Below are positions 40,488 to 50,924 of a stretch of 64,000 nucleotides of DNA, piece after piece; position 1 is the first letter of the stretch; each line of letters opens with the position of its first letter. The stretch covers positions 18,604,857 to 18,668,856 of the forward strand of contig OZ316893.1 of assembly GCA_973895155.1 (NCBI GenBank). Direction: 5' to 3'. Both the position numbers and the translations under genes were made by a program. The DNA is from Marsupella aquatica. Taxonomy: Eukaryota > Plantae > Marchantiophyta. The notes beneath the pieces were generated by a model. It ran no database searches, had not been told where the DNA came from, and saw nothing but the letters and a program-made list of their open reading frames with translations.

Positions 40488-41157
40488 CACCAGCTTATAA
40501 CGGTTCCCCGGACAGCGTACCTAGCCAACCACATCAAGTTTATCTTGGAGTGGCATGCCCATTTTGATCGACAAGCTCTCCCGTGATGTAATGAGCCAAA
40601 GATCATCCAATCCAGGTGGGTCTTCCCGGTGGAGAGGAGACCCCAGCCCAGATCCAGGAGCCTAGTACCCGCAACCTCCACCCCAAGCCCGAGGCCAACC
40701 GACGGAGACTCTTCCTTATTGCTTGACACTACTGTCATTGCGGCACTAGAGGCACAAAACCACGCTAGGGAAACTACCCTGGAAAGCCCTATCGTGATTG
40801 ACCCCATACTTGCGGCCCCTACTATTGAGGAAAGCCCACCATCCATCACCCCACCTTCCCTTGCACAAAACCCAAGGGGCCAATCTTTCCCAATGGCCCC
40901 ACCGCCAACCACCCAGGAGCTCATCAACCCGGCTCCTCTTTTGGACCTACATGTGACCAACCTCAAGGGGCGTGTCAGGACCCCTGCAACCACGGCCCTA
41001 GTAAGTTCAGAGTTCTTTAGCCCCAACACTTTCCTCCACGGGCTACTCTCCAACTTTTCCAGTTGATTGGCCATGATCTGGGGGAACTCATGGCCCGTAA
41101 GGTAGCCTCCTTCTTTGGCCAAGAACTGGTTGTAGCGGTAAATGCAAGTCAGTACCA
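40488..41157 (+). pseudogene. Remnant of a Gypsy accessory (extra) ORF, homologous to 49845-50426
   Basis: AYLANHIKFILEWH / Pro-rich linker / QLIGHDLGELMARKVASFFGQ parallels TYLGSHIAIILAWY / Pro-rich linker / QTLSGELATYIGQQVSAYFQP. Confidence 0.6.
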
Positions 41158-41765
41158 TGTTGTGCGCATAAACATCGCTACACAACATACATTGCTTGTC
41201 ACACATATCTAAGCATAGTCACAATCAACATCACAAACATAAGAGAATGGAGTACAAGTGGAACTCCTATCCACACATGTCCAAAACCCACAATGAATCT
41301 TCAAGAGCAATTAAACAGCAATTGATGCCAATCAAACACAAAATCCTGTCCGACGCGATCACACACTTATGTCAAGCCAAATGCACCTTGCGCCTCAAGG
41401 AATCCACATTATGTACACACAACCTAGACAACCACACCATAGCCGCTAGAGCTTGTGCTCAAAAGGCTCAACATCAAAAGATGAGCCCTTTGAGCCAACA
41501 CAAAGAGATATATAACTATCCCTCACAAACATACACTAACCCTAAAACACTTAGATAACACACATATGAAAGCCTCAAACCTACATAGTTCGATATCCTA
41601 TACTACCACTCATATTGGTGTGACAACTGTTGTGCGCATAAACATTGCTACACAACATACATCGCTTGTCACACATATCCAAGCATAGTCACAATCAACA
41701 TCACAAAAATAAGAGAATGGATTACAAGTGGAACTCCTATCCACACATGATTGTCCAAAACCACA
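41158..41765 (-). repeat. 3' LTR of the DNMT-Gypsy, with a ~135-bp direct repeat at both ends
   Basis: Begins TG on the minus strand at 41765, just after the PPT. Repeats at 41158-41292 and 41628-41765 are each bounded by TG..CA. Confidence 0.7.
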
Positions 41766-41942
41766 ATCGTCCCCCCTAGCTGGGAGTGAGTTCCCCTAAC
41801 TCTAGCTAGTCATAAGTTCTACAAGGTTGATATACACCTTTTTAAGTGTGGAGATCAAGAGATCGGGTGCAAGTGAGCCCCATCGATCACCTTCCTGCAA
41901 TCTATACCTTCCATGAGAACACCAAATGGTAACTAGTCGGCT

Positions 41943-42090
41943 TCACTGACATTGAGGACACAACCATGATTCACTAGGGATCACCTCTAATGGTGGTGTC
42001 AAACACGACATGTGCCATCCTCTAGAACACTTATCACAAATCAACATAGTGGCTGCTCCTTGAGCAGATCCACACAACATACACTTCAAA
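41943..42090 (-). other. PHD finger (C4HC3) at the integrase C-terminus
   Basis: CMLC-x10-CDKC-x4-H-x2-C-LTPPLEVIPSESWL-CPQC*: all eight zinc ligands and the conserved Trp are present. Confidence 0.93.
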
Positions 42091-44938
42091 CCGGCACGAA
42101 CATGAACTAAACTTGGATCTACAATACCATCAATGTTTGAAAGATGCATGACATGGTGCACAATTGCGCACATGATCCTTCCAAACCATATCATCACGTC
42201 CTTCCAAGATTAGGACACTAGAAGATAACACTTCACGCACACGTAAGATTATCTGACCTACAGTCACATCAAGTGTCGTTGGTGCTGTTTGCTGCAAATA
42301 AACAAAATCACCAGGATGAAACCGTCAAATCCTCGCACGATAACCTTCTCCATGAATAGTGGCATACCTCAAAGTATCACAATGGTCATGTTGGGCAATG
42401 GCAAGGTTGTCAAAGGCCATGGGCATGACTCTCTCAAAAACTCGTGCCCTTTCTAAGCACACCTTGACCCAAACATCAGGATCATCCAAATCCACAACAA
42501 TAGTCACATCACGACAAATAGCCGTTGGCAAATCTGGCTCTATATCATAGAGCAAAAAATAAGGTGAGAATAATGCAAGTGATGCTTGTCGACTGAAACG
42601 GTAGCCCATAGCTAACCAAGGTAGTTGGAGATCTCAATCTCCCAAATGACCAACCTGCAAGCCATACTTACGCAATCCTCTCTTCACGGTTTGTACAACT
42701 CTCTATGCCAATCCATGTGCCTCAGGATGATCACGAGAAGTAGTACAATGATCAATAAGAGCTTGCTCACACAAACCCTCAAACTCTTCGCGGAATTCCG
42801 TGCCTTGATCAGTCAACACCTCAGCTGGTGCTCCAAAATGACTCATTACTCGATCAAAAAATGTGATAGCCACTCCTCCACAAGCTTTATCTGGCAATGT
42901 CATTAGTTCAATCCACTTGGAGAAGTGCTCCACCATAACCAAAACATATCAATTATGACGTTGGGTAAGAGGTAATGGACTAGCAAAGTCCAAACTCCAT
43001 CGATATCCCAAACCCATTATCGATAACGGATGCAATTGGGGAGTGGGAGCATTGAACGATACTTGCACTTGATCACATACCACACACTTAGCGATCAATT
43101 GTTGGACATCAGTGCGCATACCACGCCACCAATACTATGTTTGCAACAAGCTATATGTGCGTTTCACACCAAAGTGACCCAACTCTTGGTGCGCATGTTG
43201 CACCAAACGTACTCATTGTGATGGTTTTGGTACAACCAACACCTTGCCATCACGTAGTATCCTCAAAAGATGGTTTCCTTCCCATCAAAACCTTTTGGCT
43301 CGCTGTAGAACCCTATCTCGCTCCTTAGCATCACAATTGCCAACAATGGAGCCACCACACAAATATTCTAACACACTCTTGTCGTTATGAATATCTTGCT
43401 GCCCAAAACTACCTCATCAACATCCAAATCTGAAGATTCAACGTCTACCCCATCCAATGAAGTAAAGTCCATAGATCCACTATGTGTTGAACCCAACAAA
43501 GAAAGGCAGATGCATGCCATCCTGGCACACTCTCCTTATCTGACTCATCATGCCATCGAGCTCTAGTCTCATCCTCTTGACTGGTACATGGATTTTGGCT
43601 CAACCCATCCGCATCCAAGTTCACTTTACCAGGCATACAACCTGGAAATCATATTCTTGTAACAACAATGCCCATTGTGCAAGCTATCCTGTAAGCTTGT
43701 TAGACTCCATTAACCACTTGAGGGGCTGGTGATCAGTGATCAAGGTGAACGGATTACCAAACAAATAGCAACAGAAATGCGCCACAGCCCACACAGCTTC
43801 CAAACACTCTCCCTCATACGAGCTATACTTAGCCTCTGCTGAATTGTTTGATCTACTGGCATACGCCACAACAAACTCATTCCCCTCATCATCCTTCTGA
43901 GTCAGCATTGCTCCAAGTCCTACTCCATTCCAATCAGTGAGCATGCTCTTGGTCGTCACCCCAAATCCACTCCTGGTCCAACTTAGTGAGTATAGTTAAA
44001 GACTTAGCAAGTTGGCTAAATCGTTTAACATACCGTCTATAATAGCTCGTAATCCCAAGAATGCACAAGCTCTACTCACATTAGTAGAACGAGGAATCTG
44101 TGTAATGGCCTCCACCTTAGTCTCTTGCACACCCAATCCTCCTGGGTAGATAGTGTGGCCCAGATACTCAATTTTGTCTTGGAAGAACTTACATTTTCCA
44201 AGATGGAGTTTCAACCCATGTTCTCTCAATCTCTCCAACACAATCTGCAAGTGTCTCTAGTGTTCTTCCACAGTCAAAGAATAGACCAAAATATCATCAA
44301 TGTAACATCTCACAAAATCCAAACTTGCAAGAATTCGATCCATAACTCTTTGGAATTCAACTGGTGCATTCTTCAACCCAAATGGTAAGAACAACCACTG
44401 ATACAAACAATCTTTGCCATAAGAATCAATTCCCCAAAATGTTATCTTGGATCTATCATAATGCCTAATTGGCAACTAATGGTACCCTGCCTTGAGATCC
44501 AACGAACTAAATATTTTTGCATGCCCCACAGCATCAAAGATCTCCTCAGGTGTGGGCATGGCATATCGATCAGATTTTTTTTGACGATTAATAGGTCGAT
44601 AATCACCACACATTTGCCTATCTGTGTAATTGCCATGCACATCCTTCTTGGTTGGCATCACTGTGGCAGATGCATACTCCTCGTATGAGATCTCCACCAA
44701 ACCAACCTCCAACAAATCCTAAGTTCTACTCTGGATCAAAGCCCTCTCCAGGTCACTATACCGATACGGTCGTCGAAAGATTGGTGCATCACTAGCCAAT
44801 TTGATCTGAATACCAGGGCCCTTCAATGTCCCCAAATCCTTCATACTAAACGCAAAACAATTCCAATAACTCTTCAAGAATTGATGCATGCAACATCTCT
44901 CCCTCCCGGTCAACTTAGGACCAATCTGTGGTTCCCAA

Positions 44939-45125
44939 CTCTCCATCAAAGCGGTGACATCTTCCTTTGGAGTTGAAGAGGCTACAAGCCATGGGCTGTG
45001 ACTCTCCATCAAAGCAGTGGTGTCTTCCTTGGGAGTTTAAGAGGCCACAAGCCGTGGGCTGTGACTCTCCATCAAAACTGTGACGTCTTCCTTTGGAGAT
45101 GAAGAGGCCACAAGCCGTGGGTTGT
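44939..45125. repeat. 63-bp x ~3 coding tandem repeat in the DNMT-RT linker
   Basis: ctccatcaaa starts at 44941, 45004 and 45067. Each unit encodes approximately HSPWLVASSTPKEDVTALMES on the minus strand. Confidence 0.9.
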
Positions 45126-45339
45126 GGATGGAAGAGTTAGTTGCTCGTTGATATTTATCAATGGTTTGAGCAACCTCCTTTTGCTCAGCAATTTGTTTTG
45201 CCTTGGCCAATCTTCCATAGGTCCATCAATCGTCTGCTCGCCCCCAACTGTGGCTGCTACTACCTCGGTAGGCCGCAAGCTCACCAATGGACGATCTGTA
45301 AAATTAGAAGTGCACATTTGCAATTGTTCAGCTAATCCC

Positions 45340-46290
45340 AAGCTGATAATCCAAGTCAAGCAATTCAAATCCATGGCTTGACCAAGGACTTGACAACGTG
45401 AATGCTCCAACACCGAGGCCATTGCCGTGGTGCTAGTCAAAAATCCCATAGCCCGCTCTCTCTCATTAGCGGTAGGTTCTACTAGTTGTTGTAGAGTTGT
45501 ATCCCACACAAGTCTAGGGCCACCTGCTCAAAATGCGTATGAAGCGGAATGACTCACAAAAGTGGGTAATGCACAATGCGGACGCCCATCTACATTCACC
45601 ACTGCCAATGGGGGTCGATCAGATTGGGTAATACTTTGTGCACGACGCCCTGGATCCAAAATACCATCCACCACTAAGGTTGTTGAGCAAGGTACACCAT
45701 CAAATGCTCGCTTCAAGACCTCACATGGTAACAAATTAGTCCACCACAATCGTGGATGACGCACACGAGAACCTACATGTGCAACATTCAATAACATAGC
45801 AGGTCCAATCCAAGAACCTGATGAACACTAGCAACAATTTGATGACAATCATCACCCAATAATGGCACATTCTCCAAAATGTATGTAGGAGAATGTGTCT
45901 GATGCATCTGGAGATGGCGCAACACACGTAACATCTCCCAAAATAATGTTGATCTTGGATCATGAAATCCATGTCCAATTCCAACCCAAGATTGACCTTG
46001 ACATGGCCAACCCGCAATCACCAAATCAATGGAGCCAACACGATCCAAATGATCCGCCCCCAATAATGAAATATTAGTAGGCAATGCATGCTGATATCCA
46101 CGAACGGCATCCACTGGCAACAATTGTGGATAACGTTCCACCAACATTGCTACATGACGTGGGATCCTCCGTGTTATTTCATCATTTTCCATGTACAAGT
46201 AACGACGTACAGGAACTCCTGCTTGAAGAACAACAACCAATAAATTTAGTGCTAATCCCACCAAAGAGATCCAACAAAACAAATACCCTC
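45340..46290 (-). pseudogene. DNMT3-like C5-cytosine DNA methyltransferase domain inside Gypsy pol (frameshifted)
   Basis: Motif I LLDLFGGIST (46248-46277), II YLYMEND, IV IDLVIAGWPCQG (PCQ 45998-46006), V DPRSTLFW, VI YILENV (ENV 45866-45874), VIII GSRVRHPRLWWTNL, IX EPTANERERAMGF, X VLGQAMDL, all in canonical order. Confidence 0.92.
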
Positions 46291-48655
46291 CTTTGGATAC
46301 TGCCATGCAATAGGAGTGGTATCCAATGGTGAAAGGGTCACCGGTCCATTTGCAAAAGAATGTTGTGATCCTGACTCCGGTGTGAAAGCATGACGCCATG
46401 CATCATGTATCAATTGGGCCGCATTTTGTTGCAAGGCCTCTCCAGTACCCCATACTGGTGCCACAATAGTATCAACAGGTGATACACGCATCATGTGTTC
46501 CTCACGTGGCTCCTCCATTGTCGGAACATCTCCTGCATGTGCGTTTCTTTCAATCAAATCATCAGATCCAGTAATCAAACTACTGAATGCTGCCAAAGAC
46601 AATGGTGTAGATTTAGGACCTCCCACAAATCCACTAAATTGCATTGGCAATTGGCTCAATCAAGCATCTCCATAGTGCCAATCGGGTCGATATGACACCA
46701 ACTCATCCCAAAAATCAAGAACAAATCCCATAGGATAAAGTATTGTACATCCCACTAACACATCATATGACTCAGTCTTAGTCAAAATAGCTTGAGCCTG
46801 GATCCGTGAGCTATCCTTTGGATGATCCTCTTGAATCCTAAGTTCAAGTGCTTGTCTAGTGATATGCTGTTTGGGTGTAGATCCTCCCAACAAAGTCTAA
46901 ATGGGAAAGGGACACTCCTCCAAATCATTTGGACGCAATCCCAATCCTTGTATTGCAAACTTACCCAACATCAAGGGCTGAGCACCAATATCCAATAACA
47001 CTTGTTCTGGTTGGTATATCACTCCAAAAGGCCCAACTAATCGGAAGATACCACTCCAATTATCTAATGATACTACACTAGGTTTAAACCTAGTTCTCTC
47101 AAAAGCAGGGCATGCTGGTAACTCCATCAACCTCGCCGCTGCTGCTTGCCATGTTTCACCACTAGCAATAGGTGGAATCAACTCCACAACTTCAGATTTA
47201 TGCATTGTCTCTGCACGAGAAGTAACAACTGGAGTGTCTTCACATAATGTGGCCACCAATCTGAACACTTAAGGTGGACTAACTCCCAATGCCAATATAT
47301 CTGTTGCTGAAAATAATGGGGTGCGCACAATATTAGTGGCCGCCCACAAGGTGCTTGCTAGCCCTGTTGCAACATCATCTGATTCTACCAACTTATCAAC
47401 ACTTGGATTTGTCTTAACCGGGTTCATAGAGGTAGTGTGAACCACCTCTAACAACGTAAATGATTGGGGAAGCTTCGTTTGACAACAAGCCTCCCCCCTT
47501 TGAGGATCCAACTCTACCATTGCTCCTCGGGGCTCAAGGGCTTTGGTTGCTCCTTAAGTCAAAGCTGCCAATGCATCAACATGGGCAGTGCCACACATGA
47601 ATCCTATGGTGGCCAAGTCTCTGTCAGCTCCATAAGATGTAGATTGAAGCTCCATCACCAGAAGTAGGTCTAACCTGAGAACTGGCCATGGTAGCTAGTT
47701 GTTGCTCCAATTGAGCAATCTTTGCATCCTTTGGATTTATGGTAGTGGTAGGAGCATCACCTCCTTGTCTCCCTGCATGTGGCATACCTCGGCCGTGACC
47801 ACCACCTCTACCTCCTCTTCCCTGCCCGCTTCCCTGATCATACGTATGCGATCCTCCCCGTCATAGTTCAGGATGGAGTATAAAACACCTATCCTTGGTG
47901 TGACCAGAAACTCCACAATGATCACATAATCGTTGATCGGGCATAGATGCCCTTCGGACCCTCTATTATCCGAGCAATATCTTTGTGCATGATCCCCACC
48001 ACAAGTCCAACATCCTCACTATTGTCCAGCATAGGAGGGCACAGGTCTCTAACTAGTAGATTCCCGTGTTGTAGGCTTCTCCCTCTGGCTCTTCCTTGCA
48101 GTAGTGTGACACGGGTAACGTGTCACTTAACCGAACGCAGGTCATAGATTAGGTCTTATACGGTCATTAGGACCGTAGCCGTAGCGTAGAATAGCACGAA
48201 TAGCTGTCTTTTGCCATTATGAATAGATTAGGAGTAGGTTAGTTGACCAAATGATTATGAATTAAGGAAGAGGATTATTACGCTCGACCGAGGTACGGTG
48301 GTGGCAGCGGAGTAAAAATCTGTTAGAAGAATCACGCTTGGACTGAGATGCCAATTTCAGCTCATTATCAACGACCAAAACGGCCTGGCCCTCTCACGCT
48401 CGAGCTCACCCTGGCACCTCCATAAGAGAGGAGTCGATGGCATTGCGGGCCATTTGCTCATTTCTACCTTTTGGAATTCGCGGACGCTGCCATTTTCTCG
48501 CCTTCTTGCTTGAATCAAGCTGACCTTTACAAGGAAATCATCGAGGGATAAGAGCGGGTTGTGGCGAGATTTAGTCAGGGCGAGGAAGGCCTCCACCAGT
48601 AAGCGGACCGAACAGCGGGAACGCGGACTCAAAAAACCGGACTACAAAGGTTAGT

Positions 48656-50924
48656 ATGACCCTTACAGCCTTGGGATTTTGGACCTTGTTTGGCGAGGTG
48701 GGTGCTAAGTTCTCCGAGACTTACTGGTACTCTTGTCCCCAGAAAGCCGCTTATGAACGAAGATACGCGAAGCTGGTGGCCAAGGTAGCACAGGTTAATT
48801 GCGAGAAGACAACCATCACCAGAGATTCCAGCTACAACGAGCTGCGAGACTACATCACCGAGCTATATCTTAGCGAGGAAGGGCTTAGATCGGTAGCAGA
48901 GGCGATTCTTGAAGTCCTCGCAAAGTTCTTTAGGCTGAAGGGCAGCCAGCGGCTTACTCAAGCGGAGTTCAACAAGATCCCAGGGTACCTAGACCAGCAG
49001 ATTGCATCCAAAAAGCACCAAGAAGACATCAATAGACAACGAGAAGTGATGCGTAATCTTACATTCCTCGGGGAAAGCTCCAACGCCTTCAACTGGGATA
49101 TGGCTACACCAACACCACCGGCGTACCACCAAACCCATCCTAAGTCCATCCCGTGAACAACACCGAGTGTTCTTCGGGTTCCGAGCGAGTTAGTCCGCAT
49201 CTTGAGCAGCGTTCTCATAAGCAGGCAAGAACGACGCCGGCCCCCGAATCGACAACACAAACCAGCGCCGCTCCTGCACCTGCCCCGACAAACCCCCCGG
49301 CCAACCAGACCCGACGGCCCCCGGATAATCCCAAGTCTAACTTATTATAGGTAATCCGCGTTCCCGAGGTAGTCTGGATCGCAATCAAGAAACTTGACCA
49401 CGCGGACTATCTCAAGGAGCATCAGTTGGAGCAGTTCGCTCACTTGCTATGGAGACCGTGCGCGGCCGAGCCAAAGGAGATTTGTGAGTTCATCTCCAAT
49501 TTCGACACCGACGCATCGACCACTAAGGTTTCAGGGCAGACCTTATCACTCACGGAGCATCGGTTAGCACAGATCTTCTGCCTGCTAACCAGGCCGGTGC
49601 CGATTGAACTCCGAATTTGGGATAAGGAGTATACACCTCGGCACTTCAAACCCGAAGGTAAGACGGACAACGGATACAAGCAGGGGTCGTGCACCAACTT
49701 CATACGGACTACCCTACACATGATTGAGCCACGATCCGAGATTCCCTCTACACGATCGTGCAGGTGGAACAGTACAAACGGCAGAACTAGGCCCAATTCT
49801 TTTACCGAAGGTTCTCGGGAGAGCTTAAGCGGGCTCAGGGAGGTATGGCTATCGGGGGGAAGACTTACCTGGGAAGTCATATCGCCATCATCCTCGCCTG
49901 GTACAAGGCACGGCGGGAGGCCAGGGGAAAGAATATGGCCACCTCAGCCCCGACTAATGTCACCCCCGCTACGGAGGAGGCTACCCCGAGCAAGCAGACT
50001 ACCTCACCTCGGGCAAACGCCGAGCCGGAAGCCCCGACTAATACTCCGTCACCTCCCCAGGTTGAAATTCCGCCGCCCCCTTCTGTTGAGCCTCCGCTAC
50101 CCCCAGTACAACCACCTCCAATTCCTCCACCACTTGAAGAAACCTTCCCCTTCCCAGCGCAGACTATGGAGGAGCTCGTTGCCCCGCCTGAGGAACCACC
50201 GGCACCCGAGAGGATGGAGGACTACCAAGTAGCCCCAGGGACCATGGCCTACGACCTGGTCCAGAAGTTTAGTCAGACTCTATCAGGGGAGCTAGCGACG
50301 TACATCGGACAACAAGTCTCGGCGTACTTTCAACCAGCCTTCTTCATGTTAGAGCATCAACCATGGATCATAAGCCGCTTGGAAGAAGAACTCATGGCGA
50401 AGGGGAGTGAGATCGGATGCCTCTAAATGCTGGTAGAACACCTCGAGAAGGAGGACACTACCCGTCGTGAGGAGTTAGTCCGCACCGTTGAACAGCGGGA
50501 CGGACTAACCCAGGAGTGAAGCAGGGTGCAAGCGGATCTCAAGAAGCTGGACAACACCGTGCTTCAGTTGCGATCAGAATCCTCGGCTCGGGTTACCAAC
50601 CTGACCAACCTCAACAACTAATTCCTACAAGCGGCTCAGCAGGTAGCTAGTGTCTTCGCCGAATGGGATAAATTGCTGACGCAGGACCAGACCCATCGCG
50701 ACTCCATTAACCAGCTCAACCTGGAGATAGCACGGCTCCAAACAGAGGCCGATGAAGCTGCAAACGAGGCTGAGGAGGCAGTGCGGGACAACAAGGCCTT
50801 ACAGGACCGCATTACCCTGCTCGTCCTCCAGCGGGGAAGACCTGGGCCCACCTCTGATCAAGGCGGCTTGAGGTCTCGCCCCGACAAAGGGACAAACCCT
50901 GGTCTGACCACGGCTCGCACGTAA
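48656..50924 (+). pseudogene. Accessory ORF(s) upstream of gag: putative plant-transposon-protein-like domain + Pro-rich linker + coiled coil
   Basis: EICEFISNF..TTKVSGQTLSLTEHRLAQIFCL resembles the LVREFYAN..VRG..I..LGL signature of Athila/Ogre-type extra ORFs. A heptad-rich region lies at 50360-50820. Broken by stops. Confidence 0.55.

Larger units (their letters stand above)
41158..48104 (-). mobile_element. Ty3/Gypsy element with gag-PR-DNMT-RT-RH-INT-PHD architecture (decayed; gag interrupted at ~48105)
   Basis: In order on the minus strand: zinc knuckles CWTCGGDHAQRYC and CDHCGVSGHTKDRC (~47885-48012), protease VLLDIGA..YDVLVG, C5-MTase, RT (CGDYRPIN, LPFGLKNAP, YIDD), RNase H (TDWNGVGLGAMLTQ), integrase HHCC/DDE, PHD. 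Then PPT agggggga (reverse of 41770-41777) and the 3' LTR at 41158-41765. Confidence 0.92.

Noticed and set aside
40487-41206. 239-aa minus-strand ORF
   Set aside because: Antisense shadow of the plus-strand accessory-ORF remnant. It also crosses the LTR junction.
45340-46290. Host DRM/DNMT3 gene or bacterial restriction-modification methylase
   Set aside because: Intronless, co-oriented between Gypsy protease and RT, and decayed like the rest of pol. Motif order is not DRM-like, and there is no bacterial context or cognate nuclease.
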